From contig NC_047017.1 in the NCBI RefSeq assembly GCF_902652985.1, forward strand, positions 23,684,001 to 23,748,000: 64,000 nucleotides of DNA. Direction: 5' to 3'. Positions 36,201-48,208 of this stretch are shown here, one piece after another (the first letter of the stretch is position 1; each line of letters begins with the position of its first letter). The translations under genes and the position numbers were made by a program. The notes below the pieces were generated by a model. That model made no database searches. It was not told the DNA's origin and saw only the letters and a program-made list of their open reading frames with translations. Origin of the DNA: Pecten maximus. Its lineage: Eukaryota.

Positions 36201-39200
36201 CTAGTGTATTCTATTGTAGACCTATGGGTGACCTAGTGTATTCTATTGTAGACCTACAGGTGACCTAGTGTATTCCATTGTAGACCTATTGGTGACCTGG
36301 TGTATTCTATTGTAGACCTACAGGTGACCTAGTGTATTCTATTGTGGACCTATGGGTGACCTAGTGTATTCTATTGTAGACCTACAGGTGACCTAGTGTA
36401 TTCTATTGTGGACCTATGGGTGACCTAATGTATTCTATTGTAGACCTGTGGGTGACCTATTGCATTCTATTGTAGTGACCTAGTGTATTCTATTGTGGAC
36501 CTATGGGTGACCTAGTGTATTCTATTGTAGACCTGTGGGTGACCTAGTGTATTCTATTGTGGACCTACAGGTGACCTAGTGTATTCTATTGTAGACCTAT
36601 GGGTGACCTAGTGTATTCTATTGTAGACCTATGTGTGACCTGTTGTATTCTATTGTAGTGACCTAGTGTATTCTATTGTAGACCTATGGGTGACCTAGTG
36701 TATTCTATTGTAGACCTATGGGTGACCTATTGTATTCTATTGTAGTGACCTAGTGTATTCTATTGTAGACCTATGGGTGACCTAGTGTATTCTATTTTAG
36801 ACCTATGGGTGACAAAGTGTATGCCCATCTTCATGACAATGATGCCCCTGACAGAGCGGTTGAACTTGCTGCCCCGCCCAGATTGCCTGCCCTTCAGTTA
36901 TCTGATGATGAAGACGGTGACGATGACATCTGTATGGTATCTCTGGGAAATCCTCGGTTAACCTCATTTGATAATGAACCTATGACCAGACCAGCTGAAC
37001 CAAACGTTGTCCGTCCTACAGTTATGGCAGGTATGGCTACACTGCTGATGTGTTGTTTGACACAAATGAAAAATAGTAGCTACAACATAGATGTATCGGT
37101 AACCCCCAAGTTTAGATGTATCGGTAACCCCAAGGTTAAATATGTTGTGCAAATTTTTCAGTCCAATAAATTTCAGATTTCAATTGATGCTTTGAAATAC
37201 ACAGATAGCTCATTCTTTGGAATTACAGATTCACTGTAGCTGTTGGCATTGTTTCACAGAAATAAACAATTATTAAACATTCTTTCTTGGAGGTCTTTTT
37301 AAACTGCTGTAATTTATTCCTTGGTGAATAACACACATCTTGTATTTGGTTACTTCACACACAGAATTTATCTTACTCTTAGAATGAATTGATGAATTGC
37401 TACACAATATATCTGCTGTACAGCTTATCTCTATCCAACATGCTTTACCTGAACATATCCAAGCCTTATAAAATGTTTTAAGATTCCACCACTGGAAAGA
37501 AAACAAAGTCCAGGGCCAGAAGCAAACCTACCAAGCCGACATCTGTAAAACTATCTGCCGCGGCCTCCCATCCACATCTACCAATTGCAAGCCTCATCGA
37601 TAAACTGCCCACCTGTCCAGAGTCCAGTACAATGACAACATTACCCAGTTCCCAGGAGTCACAAGAGTCCCTAGGGTCCATTCGTAGTATAAGCTCATTG
37701 TCATCTGTGTCCAGCTTACCCCAGCCTGATTTTATCCTCACACCAGGAAACTTTGACATCATACTCTGCATAGACAACCAGGAGTTCTATGGAGGAGGGT
37801 AAAGAATAGCTGGTTAACCTTATAAAAAACCCTTGTCAAATATCTTTAATCTTTAAAATTAAAAATAAAAGCTTGCAAATAATTGAACTCTTCAAAAACA
37901 ACACATATGATTCTTGCAATGAAATGTATCTGAAAATCAACCATATTTGGGGGGGAAAAAAACTATTTATAATACCGGTATTTTATGTTTTAAACAATAT
38001 TGAGTAAAGCTTGAATTATGGTAAAGTTTTATGATATGTGTAAGTATATATTTTTTTTTTTTTTTATTTTTTTTTTTTGACATTCAGGAAAAATGGCAGT
38101 AAGACGTTGCTCCCAGACCTGATGAAGAATGGAGTGAATTGTGACTTGCGGAAACTTCAAGTAGGTGATCTTCTGTGGGTCGCAAGGGAGAAAACAGCTG
38201 GGGTTACAGGTAGGTATCTGATGTACCGGTACTGTGGAATATGTAATAATCATTATTATTTACTGGTTATCTGTAACTTGGATATTCTACATTATGGATA
38301 TGTTTGGGCAATGTGATATGGATAAACGTGCAATCTTCTCAATGAGGAACTCAAATGTTTTAAGGAATGAAACCTTTGGATCCGTGCTCAGTTTGCCAAA
38401 TGAAATACACAAAGAGAAAATAACTTGAGATGTATGGTATAGCTTTAAGGTAATTACTGGACCCTATGGATATTGATAGACATTTGTGTGAATAAAATGC
38501 ATCATTTCTATGACAATCTTTTCAAACTATGAAAATATCCATACTAGTGCATACACATGTATAAAGTCTGAAAGAATAGCTCTATCTTATTAAAGGGAAG
38601 GGGAGAGAACTTGTGTTGGACTACGTGGTGGAGAGGAAGAGGATGGACGACCTGGTTCACAGCTGTATAGATGGTAGACTGCCAGATCAAAAGGTGCTAC
38701 TTTCTTTTGAACAACAGATGTCAGATACAACTTTCTGACTACCAGCTCTTTATATTTTTGTTTTCAAACTGAATTTTAAACAGACAAATGTTCAAGAACT
38801 GTTAAGAGATAATAAAGATATATTTGCCTTTAGATATATTCCAGATAAAACACTTTTAAAAAGAGTAAATTTTTCACAAGACATGTTTTGGCTCTCGTAT
38901 ACTGTAAAAAAAACCATTGTAATTTACGCACCTTGAATATCACGATAACAATCAAAAATCAAACAATCCAAAAAAAATAATGAGCAAAATCTCAAGAATT
39001 TGTATCCAAAATACTGTATACCTGGTAATTTTCGCCCCCGTTTAATTTTCGCCATTTTCGCCCTTTGAAGATAGGGTGAATTTAAGATGAAGGCGAAAAT
39101 TTCAAGCTGAATTGGAGGATTTATAAACCATAGTACATGGGCCAAGTGTAGTCAGATCACAAACATACCCTCATACTTTTCAACTGTAAAATCACGTACT

Positions 39201-42200
39201 AGGCTAAGCATTAAAAACGATACATACGAAGTTATTTTAAAAATTCAGTAATTTTTTTTTAAATTATGTAGTCCAGTCATGAAAAAAATGAAATACAGAG
39301 TGGCATCAAATTCCTGCCATGGAAAAGACTAATTTTACGAGTTCAGCATCGCTTAATTGTGGCTTCCATTCATGTGTATGTACATGTATGTACATGTGAA
39401 CAAGAGAAAAAACACTGGTCAGTCATTAGTCACTGTGCGGTGAACTTACAATTGATCGTGTTTGATTAAAATCACCCATGCATACCCGATACTACTTGAA
39501 TGAGCAGGGACTAAAAGAAAATCTGAACTCAGGTAAACATTCTTTGTTTCTCACCTGATTACCTTTCACAACTCATGCCGGTAAGACAATTGGGGAACTC
39601 GATAAGTCCCGAGTGGTCTGAGTGCAACTGTATTGAGAGTTCCGAATGGAATTTTTCGATTTTACAAATGAGGAAAAGGATATTTCTTGAAAACCATTTA
39701 GGATATGTTTTGTGTTGCCCAAGGGCGAAAATAACCTGGGTCGAAAATTACCAGGTATACAGTATACCAGTTTGGACTGTCAGATTAATTTTGGTCCATG
39801 TCTTGACCACTGTGAAAGATATCTCACTGTAAAGCTCAAGTTTACATTTTGTATGGATCTGAAAATCCTCTTGTAAATTAAGTGTGTGATCGTATGTAAT
39901 AAATGCAATTTGATATTTTGTAGTTTCGGTTGAAACATTGCGGGATCAATAATGCTATATTTCTGATTGAGATGTATGGCTCCATGCAACATTTCAGTAT
40001 AGCTGAGGATCGGATAAAACAGACCATCACAAACTTACAGGTCAGTGTTAAGTAATTTGGCATTTATAATTCATTTCATCATTTAAATTATTTTGAATTT
40101 AGATAAACTTGATGCTATTTTATAAGTTACCTCATTATTTCAAAATGTGTTTGTCGCTATCGAACTTCACGATCATTGATTGCACTTCATGCATTATCTG
40201 AGTGCATTGCCCAATGAGCATGTTTCAATAAACATTGTGTCATGCTCTAAATTAAAAGCATGTTTTATGCTCTATGACTGTATAAAAGATATTTTATGAC
40301 AAGTTATAATATTGTAGGTTGTTTTTGTAATTGGTTTAAAGGTGCCCTGGTCTGTGAACATAAGTTTTGCTTTGTGTACTTTCAGATTATTGATGGATTC
40401 CAAATAAAGCGAACAGGCAACACAAAAGAATCCGTGTCCTATCTTACTATGATGACACGCTACATCCACAGTTACTATAGGGTGAGTGGAGAACCTGAAA
40501 CAATTTATTGGCAATAAGTCGTCAGTCATCCTATCAAATGTCTGCTCCAAAAAATCACAGAATATTTATTTATCTTTTATTTCATTCCACTCCTGAACAG
40601 AACTGAAAAACAAACACCTGACATTTAATGATCTGGTTTATAATCTTGGTAGCTTTATGTTGCTGTTATTTTTCAGAACAAGACTTTGTATGCTACCAGT
40701 CCAGATGACCTTCAAGGCAAAGGTCACATCAATGATGCGGAACAAAGACTTCTGACCTTTGAACAGTTTAATCAGGGCTCTGTCAAATCCAAGGTGAAAT
40801 ATGTGCTTGTGATTTGATATACATGTGCATATACTTGTTTTTCCTTAGACTTGAAGTTGTTGTGTTGTATATAATTATTATTCTACCTGAGTTTGAAATA
40901 ATGTAATTCACATGTTCTTAACACCTTAACAGGCACTGACTGTCAGAGAAATGTTTGGGAAGCAGCTAATTCAGCTGAATGGAATGTCTGCCGAGAAAGC
41001 AAAGGCTGTTACTGACAAGTATACCACACCATCCGAGTAAGTCGCCCACAGCCTCTTGGTACATCACCCACCATCACCTAGCCTATACTGTCCTATTAAA
41101 TCACACACTAGTTTTAAATCTGTATGTCATTCCGTCAGTCCATCACATTTTTTAGGACCTACCTCCAATAATTTTTGGCCACTCTTTAACAAATTTGTAT
41201 GCTTCTCTTCTTAACTCAATGTTTGATTGTTATGTACTATAAATGGATCAAAGGCCCTACTGGTTCATACTGACCTAAGCATATTCAGTGAACTGTGTAA
41301 CTAGTGATCATACACAGGTACCACTTGTGATTTTCAGTGTTGTGTTTGAAAAAATCAATTTTATTGCAAACTTTATACACTTGGTACAGAGTTATGCCCC
41401 TTGGTTCATCAAAGACTCGCTTCATCTTAAATGCACTATGTCACCTACATCTGCCAACTTTTATGAGCACCTGTTGGAATGGTAGTGTGACTTTGAAAAT
41501 ATGGTCTCTTGTATCATTATAAAATAGAGTTATGAGTTATGGTCCTTTGCTCATTTTATCCATAGCAGATTGGGGATTGTTATTAAAATTATTACTTGAC
41601 CCAGGTTATAAATTGCTTATTGTTACTATTTGGAGAGAATTGATATAGGCTTTTCACGTTGAAGATTTGTTGAAATTGAATTATCCTGGTATTACTTGTG
41701 AAATGTACATTACTTGTCTTTTACAATCTGTATTTAACATCTCTTTAGTATCCTGGAGGCATATGATAATTGTCACAGTGTAAAGGAAAAGGAAAATCTG
41801 CTGAATAACATCAAGTCCGGAAAGGCCATGAGGTTTGTACAATACATTAATTCACAGTATTGTGACATGTTTATTTCATAAATAGTAAATATTCCTTATT
41901 AAACTTACTGTCTATCATTAGGGCAATAAATGTATAATGTATTATACAGTATTAAATATAACAATACATTCACTTAGCATTGATTTTACTACCAAATATC
42001 TTTTTATATCTCCATGTTTGATTTTATAAAGAGGTATGTAAATTTTGAAAGTACACAGAGAGTAGTTTTAGTTTGTACTCACAGGGGATCAGTTTCGTGA
42101 TTTTGATCACAACACATGAAATGTAGTATCTTGGGACATTGATATATTACAAAAGTGTTTCAACATGTGATTTAGTTCAGAGCCCCAGCTTTTTAGATTC

Positions 42201-42512
42201 AACATCCCCATCGCACACCCATCTTCTCACACCCACACACAGTTACTCATTATTTTGGTTAACAATGTAATTAATTTGAATTTGTATTATTAATGTAAAC
42301 TGTGATTTGTATACGAATCATAATTAGACTGAAAGTGTTTGTATTCAAGATGGCAAGAATTGTAAGAATTTTTTTAGCTTGGTACAATCATTCTATTAAT
42401 CAAACAAGTTCAAATTATCAAGGCAACTTTTTTTCTCTCCTACAGAAATCTTGGACAATCTTTGAGCAAACAGATATGTCAGTTGTACTGTACTCAACAA
42501 GCTCTTACTTGA
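24227..42512 (+). CDS. MUS81: Crossover junction endonuclease MUS81, 20 coding exons, ~810 aa
   Basis: Exons: 24227-24370, 25214-25286, 25963-26019, 26400-26593, 27122-27223, 32012-32092, 32499-32587, 33066-33242, 33515-33594, 34536-34620, 36801-37030, 37483-37798, 38088-38209, 38596-38693, 39924-40040, 40386-40481, 40677-40793, 40933-41036, 41749-41832, 42446-42512 (2433 nt, in frame). N-terminal [27 protein letters not shown], winged helix [30 protein letters not shown]4 [28 protein letters not shown]-terminal HhH2 [21 protein letters not shown]. Confidence 0.95.
28953..30469 (+). CDS. DEDDh 3'-5' exonuclease with PML-C-terminal/Plex9/exuperantia-like tail, nested in the intron after MUS81 coding exon 5 (~348 aa from first in-exon ATG)
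   Basis: Exons 28908(ATG 28953)-29056, 29233-29369, 29664-30469, canonical GT-AG and in frame. Exo[11 protein letters not shown], Exo[20 protein letters not shown], Exo[13 protein letters not shown]; helical tail [12 protein letters not shown]...GREGIESVF; AATAAA at 31431. DEDDh call is direct from motifs; subfamily from recalled similarity. Confidence 0.85.
31575..31725 (+). pseudogene. Degenerate, frameshifted duplicate of the MUS81 coding-exon-8 acceptor and 5' part (pseudo-exon)
   Basis: CTTTATCTACAG|GTATAGTATCGCA-ATGCTGGATAGTAGCTGGTACACAAACTGG vs true CTTTGTCTACAG|GTATAGTATCACAGATGCTGGATGTGAGCTGGCACACAAACTGG (33054-33110); upstream intron sequence also aligns. Confidence 0.8.
34842..36822. 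repeat. 32-bp minisatellite (~37 copies) made of the MUS81 exon-11 acceptor, interrupted by a MITE
   Basis: Unit ACCTAGTGTATTCTATTGTAG|ACCTATGGGTG; last copy TCTATTTTAG|ACCTATGGGTGACAAAGTGTAT is the functional acceptor at 36800/36801. Confidence 0.95.
34981..35757. mobile_element. Non-autonomous DNA transposon (MITE), hAT-like ends with a 5-bp TSD
   Basis: TIR CAGGGCCCGGGAAAA...TTTTCCTGGGCCCTG; subterminal CTCGTCC/GGACGAG motifs; TSD GTATT at 34976-34980 and 35758-35762. Confidence 0.9.
39014..39762. mobile_element. Tc1/mariner-type MITE with TA TSD
   Basis: TA|CTGTATACCTGGTAATTTTCG ... CGAAAATTACCAGGTATACAG|TA; subterminal TTTTCGCCC/GGGCGAAAAT repeats. Confidence 0.9.
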
Positions 42513-44784
42513 CAACCATCTACAATTTTAATGGTGTGTCCACACCTGATATTAATCTATGCTGAGGACATCAATTAACTGCTCTCCATTCTGTTGAAGA
42601 CATCTGTTCTACGGATACGAAACGTTACAGAAATGAAGCTATTCCAACTACCAGTCAAATTGGAAAATATCTGATAATCAAAGGAAGATTTGCTTTATTC
42701 AGTTCCACACTGTTTGGACAGTGATTTCAGTTGTTAAGGAAAGTCTTTCCTTTGTTATTTCTCAACTTGTGTCATACTGATTTTATACAAAATATGCCAT
42801 TTTGTATAACTTCCACCTCTCAGGTTTGTAGCATTGAATATTCTTCAATTTGTTTTGTTCGAAATCTAAAATTCTTATGTTATTGAATATGCTATATCTA
42901 TAACACATCTTTAGATATTGATACAATTTGTATTTTTTACTCCTGTATTTTTTTAAATTGTCTCTGTCAAAAATAGTTTTTAATGTCTTAATTATTTTAG
43001 TATGAGTAGGAACATTGTATACCTGTGATTTCATCATTAACAAAGCATGAACTCAATATTAACCAATATACAATAAAAGATTTTAATAACTGTTTAATGG
43101 CAATGACACTCAGTATAAACACTGCAAAATATCATAACGAGAGATGATACTAACTATCATAGCAAGAGATGTGGTTGTGAGTAAGAGTTAGAAGGAACAA
43201 AACAATTGTAATATTCAACATTTTAGAAAGTAAGTAGAGCAAGGACAAAAAATGTTTATATGAAGAGTTTCCTCAATTTGGATCCCAGGAGATTGAAATG
43301 CAAATTCATTGAAGAGATCATAGTTGTAAGTGTATGAAGTTTTGGGACAATCAGGTATAGTTAATGAAGTCAGTGGAGTGAGGTTGTCAAACATTTTATT
43401 TATACTAACATTGACTTCATTTTTAACCCCAGGTGGCTTAAACACAAACTTTTTCTAGATATGTGGATCATTAATACAGATGGTAGAGAAAGGACATAGT
43501 TTGATAAATGCTTACGTATATACGAGTCTATAATAAGATACATGTATGTTCATGCTTTAATATTACATACAGAAAGAGGTATAAAATGGTTGTAGGTTGA
43601 ATATACCTACATCCCCTTTCTTACTCATTGCAAGAGGGTAAGGGATCTGGAAAATCTGTATGATGATGGGACACTTCATGTAACAGATAAAGGTTCTTCA
43701 GTGTCTGTTCATACAGTTCACATACTGTTCATACTGATTTTATCTATATCAGAATAAATCATAAAGATAATGCTTTATATGTGAAGATGAGGTAGTAGAA
43801 TGATTGTAGGATTCTGTTTATATGTACGTGTTTCAGGTGCCATAAGTCATCATTATCATACTACATCAATCATTCGTAAAATTATGTTACTGGATCTAGA
43901 GTGGTATATTGTTTAGGACTCTCCAACAGTAACTAAAGTCTTTCACAGATTGTATGCATGACTGCTGATTTTGTTTCCTGTAAGAGTCAAAATTCTTCAA
44001 CTGATGAATGTGTTCATTTTGTAATTGCGGTCAATAGATCAGTAATTTTGATAGGTTACTATTTCAATGTATAAGATTCATCATTTCGTATTGTACCTTT
44101 CTTCCATTTAATCAGTAACTTGTTACTTATGTTAGATTAGTACATATTTCGTTAAGGTCTGCAATTCCATGTTCAGTACCTGAAATTGTTATAGATTTCT
44201 CAGTAGATTGTTTCTATTGACCGACTCATCATGTATTGGATATTATTTAGTTCTGTGTTCATGTCTATAATACATGTACATATATAAAGTGTATAATACA
44301 TCTAGTCAACACATCAGAAGTATAACTAGTATTTGTACATGATAACTTTTATGGTGAACATTCAGACAGGGAAAATATTCCTGTTGATGAATTCAAATAA
44401 ACAGTAAATCAACTTCTGTATCTGTTGTTTCTATAATTATGAATTTGTGTATACTTGTTCTATACCTGTTGGCTATAGATACTGTAGACAGTACGATTCG
44501 AGGAGGTTGAAGTTAACGATAGGTCAGATTGGTTAAACTTAAATTAATAAGCTTGGACTGTTTCATGTTATTTTATACCAGAGGATACGTGATATTGGTA
44601 TATGATCCTATTAAAGATTAAAGAGGGCTGTTTCGGACTGAAAATCTGACCACCAAAAATAAGCAATAACTGGAATACATGTGTATTACAAATAATCAAA
44701 GAAAAATGATGAATTCAAATAATTTATCAAATGTGAACACATATTATAATCATAATTTCAAAATGGAATCATTGAATTTAGTAT

Positions 44785-45150
44785 TATTAGCCCACAATAA
44801 TCGGAGAGAGGGTTATTCAAATCGCCTTTGCATCCGTCTGTCTATAAGCAATCCTTGTTATTGCTATTTGTTGAAAAGTACAGGAGGGATATTCCTAAAA
44901 CTTAATGCATAGGTTCCCCTTGGTCTCTAGTTATGCCATTTCAATTTTGATTTTGGATAGAGAGAAAAAATGGTTGACAGGCGGCCATCTTGGATTTTGA
45001 GAATTGAAGTTTGTTATCGCTATTTCTTGAAAAATGCAGGAGGAATATTTCTCAAACTTCATGAGTAGGTTCCCCTCCTTCATTAGTTGTGCAAATTCAA
45101 TTGAAGTTTTTGATCAAAAAAGAAATGGCAGACAAAGCGGCCAACTTGGA
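44785..45150 (+). mobile_element. Old, diverged relative of the 155-bp-repeat HINE family (host of the younger insertion)
   Basis: ATTAGCCCAC...GGGTTATTCAAATCGCC 5' end and two diverged units (GGCGGCCATCTTGGATTTTGA, TTGTTATCGCTATTTCT, GTAGGTTCCCC); similarity appears to resume briefly after 46837. Confidence 0.7.
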
Positions 45151-46837
45151 TTTTTAGCCCACCATCATCAGATGGTGGGCTGTTCAAATCGCCCTGCGTC
45201 CGTGGTCCGTCGTCCGTCCGTCCCTCCGTCCGTCCGTCCGTCCGTCCGTCCGTCCGTCCGTCCGTCCCTCCGTCCGTAAACAATTCTTGTTATCGCTATT
45301 TCTCAGAAAGTACTGAAGGGATCTTTCTCAAATTTCATATGTAGGTTCCCCTTGGTGCCTAGTTATGCATATTGCGTTTTGAGACCAATCGGAAAACAAA
45401 ATGGCCGACAGGCTGCCATCTTGGATTTTGACAATTGAAGTTTGTTATCGCTATTTCTGAGAAAGTACTGAAGGGATCTTTCTCAAATTTCATATGAAGG
45501 TTCCCCTTGGTACTTAGTTATGCATATTGCGTTTTGAGACCAATCGGATAACAACATGGCCGACAGGCAGCCATCTTGGATTTTGACAATTGAAGTTTGT
45601 TATCGCTATTTCTGAGAAAGTACTGAAGGGATCTTTCTCAAATTTCATATGTAGGTTTCCCTTGGTGCCTAGTTATGCATATTGCGTTTTGAGACCAATC
45701 GGATAACAACATGGCCGACAGGCAGCCATCTTGGATTTTGACAATTGAAGTTTGTTATCGCTATTTCTGAGAAAGTACTGAAGGGATCTTTCTCAAATTT
45801 CATATGTAGGTTCCCCTTGGTGCCTAGTTATGCATATTGCGATTTGAGACCAATCGGAAAACAAAATGGCCGACAGGCAGCCATCTTGGATTTTGACAAT
45901 TGAAGTTTGATACCGCTATTTCTGAGAAAGTACTGAAGGGATCTTTCTCAAATTTCATATGTAGGTTCCCCTTGGTGCCTAGTTATGCATATTGCGATTT
46001 GAGACGAATCGGAAAACAACATGGCCGACAGGCAGCCATCTTGGATTTTGACAATTGAAGTTTGTTACCACTATTTCTGAGAAAGTACTGAATGGATCTT
46101 TCTGAAATTTCATATGTAGGTTTCCCTTGGTGCCTAGTTATGCATATTGCGTTTTGAGACCAATCCGAAAACAACATGGCCGACAGGCAGCCATCTTGGA
46201 TTTTGACAATTGAAGTTTGTTATCGCTATTTCTGAGAAAGTACTGAATGGATCTTTCTCAAATTTCATATGTAAGTTTCCCTTGGTGCCTAGTTATGCAT
46301 ATTGGGTTTTGAGACCAATCGGATAACAACATGGCCGACAGGCAGCCATCATGGATTTTGACAATTGAAGTTTGTTATCACTATTTCTGAGAAAGGACTG
46401 AATGGATCTTTCTGAAATTTCATATGTAGGTTGCCCTTGGTGCCTAGTTATGCATATTGCGTTTTGAGACCAATCAGAAAACAACATGGCCGACAGACCG
46501 CCATCTTGGATTTTAACAATTGAAGTTTGTTATCTCTATTTCTCAAAGTACTGAATGGATCTTTCTCAAATTTCATAAGTAGGTTCCCCTTGGTCCCTAG
46601 TATTGCATTTTTGGACCAGTATGTCCTGAAAACAACCTGGCAAACAAACAGCCATTATCGTTAAATCTCAAATTTCTTATATAGCTAGGATTCCCTTGTT
46701 TGAAAAGTACTGGAGGGATGTCTCAATTTGCACAGATTAGTAAAATGAAGGGAAAAGTAGAGAAAAGATCAATCTGACACGGAACCTATGAAGATCATTC
46801 AATGGTGGGCGCCAAGATCCCTCTGGGATCTCTTGTT
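45151..46837 (+). mobile_element. Non-autonomous Helentron/HINE-like element with (CCGT)n and ~9 x 155-bp satellite units
   Basis: 5' TTTTTAGCCCACCATCATCAGATGGTGGGCT palindrome, CCGT microsatellite, 155-bp units, 3' AATGGTGGGCGCC plus hairpin AGATCCCTCTGGGATCT and CTTGTT. Confidence 0.9.
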
Positions 46838-47315
46838 AAGTACCTGAGGAATATTTCTCAAATATGATGTGTTTGTTTAATGAAAATGAAAAATTTGACT
46901 TTTGTCAACATTCCTCCATCTATTTTTAAAAACCCTTTTTTCACTTCAGTGAATAACTAAATTTGTATCAAAACATTTCTGTGCATTAATTTGAATTATT
47001 GATATCAAAAAATCCATTTATTGATATAATTTGATATACGGAATTTATGATATCATTGATTCGTGTGTGCCACAGTAAATAATTATTCTCCCCATTTTGT
47101 GTGGGATTACACTTAAAACCATGATGGACAATAGACAGCAATATATCATGATATCGGATAGATTATTCAGGGGCAAAGTTGTTTTGACAAAGATGATGTG
47201 GACCACAGGGGCTTGGCACGATTTTCCAAATGATGGTCCATATATATATGTATTATAGTGTCAAAGCTGGTGCCTTGCATATCTGCCCTCACAAAATATC
47301 CAATACTTACCCTCA

Positions 47316-47700
47316 TTATACCCCCGCAACGAAGTTAGGGGGGTAAACTGGAATCAGGTTGTCCGTCCGTCCATCCGACTGTCTGTAGACATATTTTGTC
47401 CTGACAACTCCTTCCTCTTTTCAAGGAAACTTCACACAAATATAGAGGACAATGTGTAGATGTGCATGCCATTTTCTTTTTCTCAAAATTATGGTTGCTT
47501 TGGCAACTGGTCACTATAAACAGGTTTTCCGATAAACCATAACTTTAAGTTTGTCCAGACAACTCCTCCTAAACCGAAGGGCCTATTTCATTGAAACTTC
47601 TCACAAATATAGAGGACCATGTGTAGATGTGCATGCCAATTTCTTTTCTCAAAATGATGGTTGCTATGGCAACTGGTCACTATATTACTGGGTTATCTTA
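47316..47700 (+). mobile_element. HINE-like fragment of another family (~170-bp unit x2)
   Basis: TTATACCCCCGCAACGAAGTTAGGGGGGTAAACTGGAATCAGG, GTCC microsatellite, two units GACAACTCC...GAAACTTC.CACAAATATAGAGGAC...GGCAACTGGTCACTATA. Confidence 0.7.
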
Positions 47701-47889
47701 GTTAGCCTCTAATTAACAGCTCCAATTCACCATTGACTTGTGCAGATTGGTTTAGTCAGCCATCCTGGCAACAGTTCTAGTTAAAATTAGGTCAAGAACT
47801 GATCCATATTTTTTACCTATAGATAATACTTTTTTTTTAAATGCCACATGTAATTCCATGAGAACCGCCATTTAGGACAAAAATTGGGG

Positions 47890-48032
47890 AATTATTGATA
47901 TCATTTATTCAAATTATTGATATCATTAATTTGAATTATTGATATCATTAATTCGAATTATCGATATCTTTTTTTCATTTATTGATATCAATAATTCGAA
48001 TTAATGATATGTTTTATTCGAATTAGTTATGA
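47890..48032. repeat. ~22-bp AATTATTGATATCATT tandem repeat, related to 46990-47060
   Basis: Multiple ATTGATATCA-containing units on both sides of the 47316 element. Confidence 0.7.
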
Positions 48033-48208
48033 CATTGTGTAGATAATATACTATACGTTCCTCCTTAATAATGCGTTAGAGCAATCACGTGATCATGTAT
48101 TTACATCATGTGACTTGTACAAAATGGCAGACACCATGGAGTTCATTGAATGTGCAGAAAACAGAGAATGTGCGACAAATGATGTAAACAAAATAACAAC
48201 GTAAAAAA

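Noticed and set aside
45983-46487. Repeated 64-aa ORFs (also 61864-62055 and 8425-8703)
   Set aside because: Derived from satellite units inside non-autonomous elements.
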